Shown here piece by piece: positions 43,214-58,168 of a DNA stretch of 64,000 nucleotides. Under the pieces are notes generated by a model. The model was not told the origin of the DNA. It saw only the letters and a list, made by a program, of their open reading frames with translations, and searched no databases. Source of the DNA: the human T2T-CHM13v2.0 reference genome, Homo sapiens; NCBI RefSeq assembly GCF_009914755.1, contig NC_060925.1. One strand, given 5' to 3'. Made by a program: the position numbers and the translations under genes. Each line of letters starts with the position of its first letter. Position 1 is the stretch's first letter.

Positions 43214-43864
43214 TAGTCACCCTTGATATCCAAGGAGGATAGGTTCTTTCATATCCAAGGGGCATAGGTTCCCATAGTACCAAAATCCATGGATATTCAA
43301 GTCCCTCATATAAAATGGCATCGTATTTGCATATAACGTACACACATCCTCCCCTGTACTTCAAATCATCTCTAGATTGCTTATAATACCTAATACAATA
43401 TAAATGGAATGAAAATAGTAGTTACACTGTTTTTTGGTTTTTTTTTTTTTCCTAGAGACAGAGTCTCACTTTGTCGCCCCGGCTGGAGTACAGTGGCTTG
43501 ATCATAGCTCATTGCAACTTCCACCTCCCGGGTTCAAGCAATTCTCCTGCATCAGCCTCCTGAGTAGCTAGGACTACAGGTGTACGCCACCATGCCTGGC
43601 TAATTTTTTGTATTTTAGTAAAGAAGGGGTTTCACTGTGTTGCCCAGGCTGGTCTTGAACTCCTGAGCTCAGCCAATCTGCCCACCTTGGCCTCCCAAAG
43701 TACTAGGATTACAGGTGTGAGCCACCACACCTGGCCTGTATTTTTATTTATATTATTTTCATTATTGTATTGCTATTTTTTATTGTTTTTTTTTCTGAAT
43801 ATTTTTCATCCACAATTGGTTGAATCTGCAAATATGGGAACCCCCAGACATGGAAGGCCAAGTG
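43214..43864 (+). mobile_element. MER2 (Tigger-family) element inserted in a MIR at about 43150-44050 and interrupted by an Alu
   Basis: 'accaaaatccatggatattcaagtccctcatataaaatggc...aaatcatctctagatt', with TA at both ends. Confidence 0.85.
43430..43737 (-). mobile_element. Alu inside MER2
   Basis: Full antisense dimer. Confidence 0.95.
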
Positions 43865-44899
43865 TATACATTTTTAAATCTCTCAAATGATTCTTTGAGG
43901 TAGGTATCTATTATGCCCATTTACAGATCAGAAAATTGAGAAACAGAAAGCTACAGAAATTGCCCATAGTCATACTGCTAGTAAGTTCTGTAGCCTGAGT
44001 TTAAACCATGATCTGTGTAACTTTCACAGCCCAAACTCTTAGCTATGATGCAATTTGGGGACCTGAGTTTGAATTCCGGCCCTGCCACTTTTCTGTGCCT
44101 CGGATCATCATCCAAGGTCAAATACAAATGCCACCACCTAGATTCACCTTGAGAATGATCACAATTTAGTGAAAAGTGAGTGCACTTTGGGATCAGGCAG
44201 AAAATCAGGCTTCCTGCTGTGTGACTTGGCTAAGTCTTTTCATCTGTCCAATCTCATCTTCCCCCAAGGTATAACGAACATACTAATTCTTGTCTCACAG
44301 GAAATTTGGAGGAAGTGTGTGGTAAAATACTTTACCCTATCCCTGGCACATAGTAGCCAGTCAATATGAGTGGCTCTCATTACTATTAATGACCAGCTCT
44401 GTGACCTTGGACATTCATCTGTAAAACTAGAGCTTTACAGAATACTTAGGAAGTCTAAACAAGCTCTGAGAAAATGCCTGGTACATTTTTATGCAAATGA
44501 CCTGCTGCATTATAATTGTATGCAGTTAAATGAAAGCCACACTACTTCCTGTTATAAGAAAGTGAAAACCATCCTCATCTTCAACCTCAACAGAAGGAGA
44601 AAACTAAGGCTGAGGCCGGAGGAGCAAGAGGGAAAGAAGAGGCTCCTGGAACCATCAATTACTTTCCTATGGAAAAGAGTCAGACTCATTTTTCTTCCTG
44701 AAACTAACAGAGTATCTCCTTCCTTTTACATGCCAAAGATTTTCACCTGAAATTGTTGAGATAAGATGACACAGCTAACCTTAGCACACAGATGGTTTCA
44801 TTATGTCATCATTTCAGCTCATTTCATCAGTGAAACCCTGGAAAGGACTTACCTGCAATTAAAAGAACTAAAATTCTGGTGTTTCAGAGTCTCAGCAAG

Positions 44900-45190
44900 G
44901 CCTGCCCTAGTGGGTGTCCCTATCTGAAAGAGTGCCCCCATCCTGTGCCCACTGTCACCCTTGGTTCCCTCCCCTATTGTGTTTTCTTCAGGGAAACTAA
45001 CACCTTCTAAAATTACAATGTCAGTTTACTTGCTAATGATCTGCCTCCCCCATAAGAAGTAAACTCTAAAAAGAGAGGAATTTTGTCTGTCCTGGTCACT
45101 GGTATGTCCTCAATCCCTAGAACCATCTTTAGCTTACAGTAGTTACTAATTAAATATGTTGAATGAATGAAGAAATAAATAAATGGATAT
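44900..45190 (+). mobile_element. L2 3' end
   Basis: 'ttttgtctgtcctggtcactggtatgtcctcaatccctagaac...aaatatgttgaatgaatgaa'. Confidence 0.75.
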
Positions 45191-45354
45191 TTAAATAGCA
45201 GAGACAAGTTCATCTCTTTTTCCAAGCTGAAATTTTACTGAGTATAAGACAGTAACCCAATTATCCTAATGGTATACTCATTAATATTTCATCAAAGGAG
45301 AGAATACAAATGAAAGGACTATGAAAACTGTTGTCCACGTAGCTGGAACCTTAC

Positions 45355-45895
45355 CTTGAGGACCTAAGTCTGTGCTGAGATGTAGACAAGTTTAAGCATG
45401 ACCAAGGGTGTGATGACCTCACATCGTGGGGGCCAAAGCACCTCTGTCCTGGGACAGAGCATATCCAAAGGTAAGAGAGAGTTGGAATATCTAGGAAAGA
45501 TCCCAGACAAGCCAGCGTGAAGGAATATTTTGAGGCAAGCCAGGCTCTGTGTCCCAGCAGGTCCTGCAACCACAGACTTACATCTGAGTCCTAGAGAGAC
45601 AGAACTAAAGCAGAACCCAAAAAGAAACAGAATTGATTCAGCAGTTGGAGCAGTAGACAACCAACATCTGCAACTGGAAGGGGAAATCCCAAAGATGTTG
45701 TCAAATTTGGACGGCACCATGGTATTTTCAGAGGCATTAGAAACACTCCACAAGGCAGTGGCAGCAAGACCTCCACCTGGCATCGCACTTCCTGAAGCAG
45801 CCAGGCAGATGCCAGCAGTGGAGCCTCAAGTGGACATCTCTGGCATGGTGGGAGCCATGATACTGCAGTGAACTCAGAGACATCATCTAAGCTGA
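45355..45895 (-). other. Candidate 541-nt exon, probably non-coding
   Basis: Minus-strand acceptor 'ccaattttctctattctag|' at 45896/45895 and strong donor 'AAG|GTAAGG' at 45355/45354 bracket an apparently unique, more GC-rich block. Confidence 0.35.
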
Positions 45896-46751
45896 CTAGA
45901 ATAGAGAAAATTGGCAGACTCCACATAACAGCTGAGAGGACAGGTTAATGAGCACACATTAAGCAACATGGAATCTAGAGCCCTAGAACAATATGAGAAA
46001 AATGGAAAAGGGGCTAGAGAACAGAACACTGTTTTCTGGCCGTTGTCTTAACCCTCTTCTCTTTATAGTTTTAATTGCTGTGATATGGCGTGCTTTACCA
46101 AAAAAATAAATAAATAAATAAAACTGGGTCATCTTAAGAGCCTCTCCCCTCCCACCTTGAATCCAATCTCAACAAATTGACAAGTTAGACAAACATATGT
46201 ACATTCACAAATCTTACTGTAATAGCGTCGGATGGAAATGGGACATTTTAATGGAAATGTCGAAGGGATTCAGAGGTTGATGTGACACCTTTTTCCCAAA
46301 TAACAGTTTCTAAAAATTGCTTTTGAAAAGCATGCTTACCCACCCAACTACCTCCACAATGACTGAAATCTTCCCATGTTTCCCCGGTTTCTTTCTTGTC
46401 CCAACAGCTCATTACCCATCTGTCCCAGGTATCCCATTATTCGGCCTTCTTAGTCCCATGCCTTCTCTATGCACAAAGGCCAGGAGTTGCGCAGCACAGA
46501 GTAGCCTTCCTCCTGGGAAGGGAGTGTTAACGCTCACGCTCATTCTTCCTTTATCACAGAAATCAAAATCAGAAAAGCAGTTTTAAGTGAGAGGAGAAAA
46601 AAAGTTAGACTCTTTCCAAAAATGTATAAGTATCCTTTACAAATGATACCACAAGAAAAGAAGAAAATTCATGTAAATGTAGGAAAAATAGGATGCCTAA
46701 AAAGTAGACACATGAATTGTTTGAAAATTTTCAAAATCAAAAGTAAACTCT

Positions 46752-47038
46752 ATTTTTCTTTTTCTTTCTTCTTTTTTTTTTTTTTTTAAGACAGAGTCTC
46801 TCTCTGTCACCCAGTGGCGCAATCTTGACTTCCCAGGTTCAAGCAATCCTCCCACCTCAGCCTCCTGAGTAGGTGCGACTACAGGCGCATACCACTGCAC
46901 CCTGCTTCCCCCTACCTTCCCGTAAAGATGAGGTCTCACTATATTGCCCAGGCTGTTCTCAAACTCCTGGGCTCAATGATCCTCCTGCCTTGGCCTCCCA
47001 AAGTGCTATGATTATAGGCATGAGCCACCACACCCGAC
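46752..47038 (-). mobile_element. AluJ with internal deletions
   Basis: 'gacagagtctctctctgtcacccag' and 'aactcctgggctcaatgatcctcctgcc'. Confidence 0.9.
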
Positions 47039-48097
47039 TATTTTTCATTTACATAGACTGGGGAGAAAGGAAAAAAAAAAACACTGTTGCAGAGCAACCA
47101 AAATAAATGCAGTATGTTTATACCATTTATAGTCACTTTTGTTAGTTAAGGGTAAAATATGTTACACACTGTAGCTTGGATTCCTTATGAAATTATCATT
47201 TTTTTCCTCCAATCTCTCTAATTTGCCCATACCCTATTTCTTCTAGTCTAATCAGTTTTACTTACACTAACCTCCAGCCAGTTTGCCTAATTGACCTTTG
47301 TTTCTGAGCTATCCACATAATTTCTGCTTCTTCAGAAATATGTTTAGATGATTCTCTTCTAAAGCATCTGATCACTTTGTAATTGCTGAAAACTTATCTT
47401 AAATATTTTATTCATTATTTTGAATTTTTCCAAAAGATAAAATTGACCTGAAGATTTTAAAAAGTCTTCTCTTGTTTGTTTGTTTGTTTTGTTTTGTTTT
47501 TCTTTCCTCTACCTCCCTCAGAGCTTACAGTTCTATTTTTGAGTAGCAAAAGTTGCAAATAGGTTTTTGAGAAATGATTGGATTTAACTGCAGATTTTCA
47601 TAAGAAAATGACTAGTCATAAGATAGCAGTGGACTACATGGTGTCATTTGAAAGTTATCTCGCAAAAATCTTCACCAACCCTGCTTTATGACCCCAAATG
47701 CCTGCTATGTAAGAGTATAGCCTTTTAAGTAGAAGCTTTGGATTTTCTGTTAAAATGAAACCATCTATGGAAGGGATAATATCTCATTTCTCTGCTCAAA
47801 ATCATCCATTCATTCCCCACTGGCTACCAAATAAATTCCAAGTTCTTCAATTTGTCATTCAAAGCTCTCAGAGATGTGCCAACTCTGCCTTCTCAGCATC
47901 GTCCCATTAACCTCCTTCAGAAATGCACTACCACTGTTCACTGCAGGCCCATGTTCTGAGCATGCCCAGTACATTCCTTCCTCTAGGGCTTTGCTTCTAA
48001 TGTGCTCAGCATGCCTGCCCTCTCTATTTACCCATGTGTGCTCATCAATATCCTTCCTCCAGCACTTGGTCTGCAGCACTTCAATTCTTGATTATAA

Positions 48098-48325
48098 TTA
48101 TATGTGTGTGTGTGATTGCGTGCATGTATGTGTATAATTATACATATATATCTGTGTGTATACATATATATACATATATACACATATATGTATATATATA
48201 CACATATATATACATATGTGTGTGTATATATACATATATACATATATATACATATATACATACATATGTGTGTATATATACATATATACACATATATATG
48301 TGTGTATATATATACATATATATAT
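48098..48325. repeat. Complex (TA)/(CA)/(TG) alternating purine-pyrimidine repeat
   Basis: About 230 bp of 'tatatacacatatatg'-type units. Confidence 0.95.
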
Positions 48326-49500
48326 GATTTTAATCTCCCTGATTTAGTCTTCTTTAGTCTGATAAAGATCTTCTTCACTTTAACATGACAGAACCCCCAA
48401 TTTATTCATTTACTCGATAAATATTTATTTAGTGCCTATCATGTCCCAGGTTCTAGAAATTGGGATGCCACAGTGAAAAACGCAGAACAGACAGACCATT
48501 CAAGTTGAATTAAGCAAAAACAGGAGAGGGGAAATGTATTGGCTCATGTCACTGGAAAACTAAACTTGGTCAGTCACAAAGATCTAGGGATGTCATTAGA
48601 AATTAATCTCACTCTCTCAAAATATTTATCTTAATTCTGCTTTTCTTGGGTATGCTTTGTTCTCGGCAAAATTTCTTCACAGCGTGACAGAAATGGCCAC
48701 TGGCAGCAGTGTGCTTCCATCATCCTAGAGCCAATAATGCCTAAGAAAAGAGAGTGCTGCTTTCCCAGGGAAAGGGCATCTCAGGGATCTGCTAAGGGTA
48801 AGTGGAGCCAGGGATATTGACTTTGAGCTTTTCTATGTATCTATTGGTCACTTTTATGTATATTAAGTCATTTCTGCCATCCTGGTGTAGGGATGGCTTC
48901 CAGGAACACTGCTGTCACCCACTGTGCTGACTCGTTCAGCTTTACAACACAAAGATGAAAGGTCAGAGTTCATATCATGACATGAAAATGAGCAGCACTG
49001 GAAGCATGTGTGTAGCAGAGGAGAAATGAAGTTTGAAGCCTACAGAGTCAGAAGCTAGTCTATGGAAAATTCTTCCAATCACATGTATATACAATTCCTA
49101 GCAGATAATTTGGTATCATTAATGTCTAGTCAAAATGTACACTCCCTATCACAGTGCACACAATTATAAAAGTAGCACAGTACTTCCTTCCCCTTCTATG
49201 ATGGAGATCGGCAAAATCAAACGTATCAGAATTGCTGTGTTTTAGGACATAGAGCTGTAGCACCACAGGTTCTGTGTATGAAGCTCTGTGCTTTACATAA
49301 CTTGGGACGTATTATATCTTAGCATATCTGATTCCTCTTGTCCTGAGGAAGAAGGTAGTTCCAGAGGAAATTTTGCAAAGTTGCCAAAAAAAAGGAAAAA
49401 TAATAAGTGTCCTGAAGAAACAAGTGTTTTTTTTTTTTTCCACATATGTAGTCATTGAGAAGTCAATGAATGTTGTAAAAGAGTAATTTGGTCACCTAAT

Positions 49501-50933
<1,433 letters not shown>

Positions 50934-51189
50934 AAAATAATGCAGCTCAATACATCATGGCAGCAATTTTTTAAGTGTATATAAATTGTTCCTTTGTATG
51001 CCTTAATTCCAGATTAAACTGTATTTTACTTAGAATCAGTGATGACTCTAATTTTAAAAGTATTGTTAAAAGAAAAACTTTAAATAAGTTAACAGAGTTT
51101 AATTGAGCAAGGAGTAATTTGAAAATCGGGCAGCCCCCAAAACGAGAATAGGTTCAGAGCAGCTCCAAGACTGCCACGTGGTTGGATAA

Positions 51190-51410
51190 TGTGATAGTTA
51201 ATACTGAGTGTCAACTTGATTGGATTGAAGTATGCAAAATATTGATCTTGGGTGTGTCTGTGAGGGTGTCGGCAAAGGAGATTAACGTTTGAGTCAGTGG
51301 GCTGGGAAAAGCAGACCCACCCTCAATCTGGGTGGGCACCATAGAATCAGCTGCCAGTGTGGCCAGAATATAAATAGAAAGCAGGCAGAAAAACCTGAAA
51401 AGGCTAGACT

Positions 51411-51460
<50 letters not shown>

Positions 51461-51498
51461 TATTATTTCTGTCCCTCTAGAGAACCCTGACTAATACA
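51190..51498 (+). mobile_element. MLT2A solo LTR, internally shortened, with (AT)23
   Basis: 'tgtgatagttaatactgagtgtcaacttgattggattgaag' through 'gaaccctgactaataca'. 5-bp TSD 'gataa' at 51185-51189 and 51499-51503. (AT)n at 51413-51458. Confidence 0.9.
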
Positions 51499-51730
51499 GA
51501 TAACATTCAAGGACAGAAAAAGGAAAAAGGACAGAAAAAAGAAGACACAGTGAGGTATAGAAACAACTGGGCCTTTGCCTTATTTGAACATGGGTGGGAC
51601 AATTGACCATCTGTGATTGGCTGACTCAGCTACTTGTTATACGAGTAGGTTACAGCCTGTTTACACATCCAGTTAGGTTACAGTTCACTATGCACAGAAA
51701 AGCTTTTAGGTCAAACTTAAAAATATGTAA

Positions 51731-52084
<354 letters not shown>

Positions 52085-52089
52085 TAACA

Positions 52090-52500
52090 ATTTTGAGAGG
52101 TTGACCAAAGCTTTAGGCATTGATATCATTCTGTCACTGTTGTAAGTGGACATATCTGGTCTCAAATCCCACTGGAAAATAGCCTAACAGTGAGTTTTAT
52201 AAGGTGGGAATAAGGAAAATGAAAAATAGAGGGAAAGGCTGATGGGTTAACATCAGGTTACTTCAGGTTACCTTTTTGTAAAGGTTAAAGCTGAGGGGGT
52301 TTCCTTATTATGCTGGAATCTCCTGTTTTGAGGAGAAAGAAAATGGTCTGTTTTGGGATCTACTGGCTTCCTTAAAGTTTCAGTTTGATTACCACATGCC
52401 ATGTAGCAAGAGGGACTCCATTTTGGTTTTTCTGATCTGTTAGAGCCTAGTACACAAGTTTAGTCCAAAACAATGCCCCCCAACCCTGATAATTTTAATA
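52090..52500 (-). mobile_element. MER4-group ERV1 sequence (MER31-like LTR portion)
   Basis: 'cttccttaaagtttcagtttgatta...gactccattttggt...gcctagt...agtccaaaacaatg'. Confidence 0.55.
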
Positions 52501-52989
52501 TTATAGAAGTTGCCATGAAGTTACTTGTTAAAACAGACCCCTAAATATAACAGATGCTCACAATACTCCCTGCAGGACTGCTGCCAACTTCCTGTGGACT
52601 CAGACTGGATGTGTCTTAATGTTTCTGCATACACTTCTTAGACCAACAAGAGCATCTGAACCTTTCCCACACTTTCAAAATTAGCAAAGCCAGCTGGCCA
52701 TCCAGCAGGATCCTGAGAAAGAACACACGAGATGGGGACATGGGGACAGGAATGAGGATGAGTGATGGGCCAGAAATCCAAGAGTCACTTCCTATGAGGA
52801 GCCATAAGAGGTGCTGGGTAGTCCCTGAATCCTAGGAGTGGGGACAAGGACTTACAAATGAAACTTGGTGCTACAAGCCACCATTTCATGTCTTAGTTTG
52901 TAAGGCTGGTATTTTTGGTATTCAAGAAGTGATGTGTTTCCTGCTAGATTCTGTCTGGAATTCGGTGGGCTCAGCCACACAGCAGTGTC

Positions 52990-52997
52990 TGACGTCA
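52990..52997. promoter_or_regulatory. Full palindromic CRE (TGACGTCA)
   Basis: Exact CREB/ATF site with its CpG retained, in unique sequence ('gtctgacgtcacggcgtg'). Confidence 0.45.
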
Positions 52998-53598
52998 CGG
53001 CGTGTGATTCAATCAGCCAGGCTTCCCCTAGTTACAGGCAAACGAAAGATATATTAATTGGGCCTAAATAAACAAAGCATCACCCCATTAAAGTCACAAA
53101 ATGTTAATGTTAAACAATTTATGAGTAACATTTGCACACATTTTAAAGGGTGCAGTATAGAGAAGATAGTTAATAAATGATGAACACTTAGGCACAAGTA
53201 AAGCAGCTGTCTCAGCTTCCACAACTGCTATTAGCACTGCTTAAATTGCCTCTGGATCTTTAACATCTGGGCCCAGTACTTCTACTCAGTGGCTTCTCAG
53301 CGGCTTGCAGTTTGCAGTTCTTAGTTAATTGCAGTAAACTGGCACTGATTGCTTTTGGGAAAGAATTTCATTTGTGCCTATGTGATGCTAATCTCAAAAA
53401 AAAAAAAAAACTTCAGGTTTCCAAAACTTCCATGTTTTAAAGAAAACTGCTTTGATATTTACTAAGCTTTTCTCTGTAGAATGTTTTCAAGTATCCTCTA
53501 AGGGGCCCTGGTTAACCCTCTTTCCTCTAGGAGTAGAGATAGGTCTATGCAGTGCCCCCCAGTCTCAATCTCCATGCTCTGATAAGATGCCATGCCAC

Positions 53599-53893
<295 letters not shown>

Positions 53894-54359
53894 GATGCCA
53901 CTCTACTGTAATTTCTGTGCCACCACAGTTCTCCCAAGGAAACTAGAAAGTAATGCACTACTTAATGAAACTAGAATGTTGCAGCCATCTTCATGAATAG
54001 CCTTACAAAGTGAGAAGGAAAACCCATGATGGAAGCTAGCCACAACAGCCTGTGCATTGCAGCAGGTCCCTTGTCTCAAAGGGCCCTGTAGCCATTACAG
54101 GCATGAGGTGTTTGATATAGACTTTTTTTTATCATGGACCTTCCTGGCTGCAGCAGGCTTCTTCACCTTCTGGGGCCATGTACACCCGCCAGAGGTTGGA
54201 ACAGTGAGAGATGAATAACTTTTCAGCTCCTCCCTCTCTCATTCCAACATTCCCCATCCCATTCCAGTAACTGATGATAAGAACTTTTAGTGGTTGCTTC
54301 CCACAAGTCAGGAACTCCACCTAAGCATTTTCTAGGTATATCTCATATAAGAAATCATA

Positions 54360-54605
54360 CCATGGTTAAGATCATGGACTCAAGTCAGACCACCTGGCTT
54401 CAAATCCTGCACTACCACTTACTAGCCATGTGACCTTGGACAAATAACTTAACCTCTCTGTACCTTAGCTCTTCATCTGTAGAATGAGCTAATAATAGCC
54501 AGACCTCATGGGACTGTTGGGAGAATTAAATGAGTTAATCTAGAAAGAACATGTAGAACAGTGCCTGGCTCATAATAAGTATAATTTAAGTATTGGCTAA
54601 TAATA
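54360..54605 (+). mobile_element. MIR, near full length
   Basis: 'ggttaagatcatggactc...tgtgaccttggacaaataacttaacctctctg...gaacagtgcctggc'. Confidence 0.9.
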
Positions 54606-56091
54606 TGTCTGGAATGAAGACAATTTATGATGAATTTTGTTTTTTATGATTTGGAGTTTTTCTCTTCGTGACATTTCAAGGGAGTAAAATTGACATTCTG
54701 CTCTTTAATCATTTGCATAAAATGTGAAGAATTTGGAAAAATAGAACCTTTTCTTGAACAACTCATAACCTAAATGGAATTAGATAACTAAAAGCCGTTC
54801 CGAAAGGTTACTTTGCTTAATATTGTGCATTTTCGAACACCAAATAATTCTATAAAGATTAGAATTATGTCATCTATTCTGTATTTTTCTACTTTTTATT
54901 ATAATTAATTTAATGTTATAAATATTTTAGGCTCTAAAGTATAGAGTTTTTTCTAAAGTAATCTACCCAGTGTGTTCTCTCATTATGCATATTAATCTGC
55001 ATTCTTTCCCTATTTATTATTCAAAAGTTCATAGTAATTTTATATATAAAATGAATAGTTTCACAATCATGTTAATTATTGCAGGATTTTACTCTTCAAT
55101 AACAAATGTACATTTACACTTCATTTGACTGACACATTTAACTGAATAAAACACACAAAGGGATTTTTTAATTCCAAGTTACATCTAGAATAAAACTTAC
55201 CTATATTTGAATAGCCTAATATTCTGATACTCCAATATCTACAACAAATCCAAATAGCACAATATGTTCATTTTACAGAAATTGTTACACTGATATTTAT
55301 TTGGTGGTGGTAAACTAAATAATTACAAAATCACTGCTCACACCAACATTCAAAATGTCAGAAATGACATTGAAGCAGGCATTAATCTATCTGGGCTTCC
55401 AAAGACTAAACCTGAACCAAAGCTGAATAGCATATTCTGGCTAAACATAAAAGCAAAGCCAAGCTTCAGTGCATTCCTAAGAAAATAGAACAATATGCAA
55501 CCATGAAGGATGTGGTCTAAAAAATAAAGATACCAAAAAATGCTCCTGATAGCGTCAGAGTACATAAGAAGACAAGATATTTAATTATATAAATATGATT
55601 CAAATCATTTCAATATGAACCTTTCGATTCTAAAGACCCACTCTAGCTAGCACAAGTAAACAGAAGTTTAGCATAATGATAAACATTGAGCAATATGGAT
55701 AATGTCAATGAAATCCAAGAGCAGAAACTTCATGGAGCTGAAAAGGAGGAAGAAAAAGTAGAGGAAGAGTAAGTGTGCTAAAATCCTCACCTAAATGATG
55801 GGATTAAGAGGCAAGGTCCAAATTTGATGGACCCAAAAAAAGAGAAAATTTAATAGTATTCTTTAAAGATTCAACAAAGAAAATCAACAGAAGAACTAAC
55901 AATAATTGCATTAAGAATTAGAAGGGGAAGTGGACAAGATTAGTGCAATACTCATATTTGATAGGAGAGAATCAACAGATAATAACCTAAAGTAATCAGT
56001 CAAAAATTAGAAGGACAAGTTTACTATTTAGAAATAGAAAGGTAACTATCAAAACCCTAAAAACATTATCACTTAAAGATGGTTGTCTCTG

Positions 56092-56233
56092 CTAATGCAT
56101 GCTGGGCTTAATACCTAGGTAATGGGTTGACAGGTGCAGCAAACCACCATGACACACATTTACCTGTGTCACAAACCTGCACATCCTGTACATGTACCCC
56201 ATCCTGTACATGTAAACAATACAATAAAATAAA
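56092..56233 (+). mobile_element. Severely 5'-truncated L1PA (L1PA10/11-like 3' UTR) with TSD, within older L1M-like sequence
   Basis: 'gctgggcttaatacctagg...gcagcaaaccaccatg'. 17-bp TSD 'aaagatggttg(t/c)ctctg' at 56075-56091 and 56234-56250. Confidence 0.9.
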
Positions 56234-57641
56234 AAAGATGGTTGCCTCTGGCAAGTGGAAATGGGGTAAGGCAGGACAACCTGCTTCTTTTACGAGGCTT
56301 TCTGCATAATCCTTTTTAAAATTCAAGTTTCATGAATTAGCTGGATTAAAAAATTTTAATGAAATGGTTGATTGTATTAGAGATATTCTTTTCTTAGGAT
56401 ATGTATGTCTGAATGGATGGTAAAAATGCTGGCTTGTGAGTAACTTCAACTCTCTTCACCCCAGAACACCTCGGGATGAGTGGGGATGGTCTGGACTGGT
56501 GAATTCTAACGGGCGTCTTCCACATTCCTAGAATCAGAGGGCAGCTCTTCTGCCCATATTTATCCAATATAGATATCTCTTTCACTAGTGATGTTAACAC
56601 TGATTATTGGCAAAAGTGGGAAACTTCCATTTTTATTTAAAAATCATCCTTTCTCCAAAGACAGTACAGTGAAATCATTTCTCATTTACATTTAGTAACT
56701 CCCTTAGTCACATAATAAGTCAGAATTCTATGAAAATGTGCGTTGTTCTGTAAATGTGAATGACTTTAAAAAACAAAGCATTATTAAAAAATATAGGGTC
56801 CTTCCTTGCTACCTAAGTGAACCCTGATGAAGGTATATTAATATACTGATAAGTAATTTTTGCACATTAAAAATCTTATATAGATTTAATACCATTTTCA
56901 GCTTTTGTTTAATGAATATTTAATTCAGAAAGCTATGAAATAATAGGTAATTATAGCTCTACAAGAACACATATTGACATGTAGTTTAAAAGACTCTGAA
57001 AGGTGCCTTGTGCTTGCAGTGAGTTTATAATTTAAACACAAAGAAAAATTTTAAGGTTGCCAATCAAATATTCCTCAGAAGAAAGAACGAACGGAGGATC
57101 CCACTTCCTTAGGGCACATATGCAAAGGAGATACTAAAAATAACATAGGCCACGCTTGGCAGACCATGTTTAGGCAAAATTCCAAACACATCTAAAAAAG
57201 GCTGGTGAAGAAAAAAGTTTCCCTAACTTCAGGCATATAAGGGTCAGGTTTAGAAAAGATGATGGGGATAATAAGCAAAGGGCCTTAGAGGTAGGAGCAA
57301 ATGGCAAGTCCAAGAAGTTTGAAATTCACTTCCCCAACCTTCCTTTTCATATCTTTTTCTTAATTTGAGCAGTCTTCCAATATCTTCAACCCTGACTCCA
57401 CCAAGGAGCCCTGACTCCCTTCTGCTATCCATAAGACACTCATTCACTCTAACTTGAAGGGACTTAGTACATTATCTCTCCTAGGGAGATTTATACTTCC
57501 AAGAAGGATCAGTTGAGTAAAACAACACTTTAGCCCATGCAATGCAGTAGTAAATTTTAAAACATGCACACCCTATCGCACTAGGAGGCAATCACCTTTT
57601 CTAGCAGAGTTTGGCTGGGTTTAAAACAAAAAAAAAAATTT

Positions 57642-57968
<327 letters not shown>

Positions 57969-57984
57969 CTACCTTGCAGAAAAA

Positions 57985-58168
57985 GTCCCTAGACCAGTAG
58001 ATCTCAATTTTTTACATGCTTAAGAATGTTGTGGAACACTACAACTGACCAGTCTCATTCCCGGAAATTCTGAGATTCTGATTCAGCTCCAGAAAACTGT
58101 ATTTTTAACCGGCACTGTAAACAATTCTGATATAACCCATCTCCTGGCCCACATTTGAAAATCACTGC
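57985..58168 (-). mobile_element. MER5-like relic
   Basis: 'gagattctgattcag...ctgtatttttaac...ccacatttgaaaatcactg'. Confidence 0.6.

Noticed and set aside
48028-48388. Several Tyr/Ile/His-rich ORFs
   Set aside because: They are translations of the (TA/CA)n repeat.
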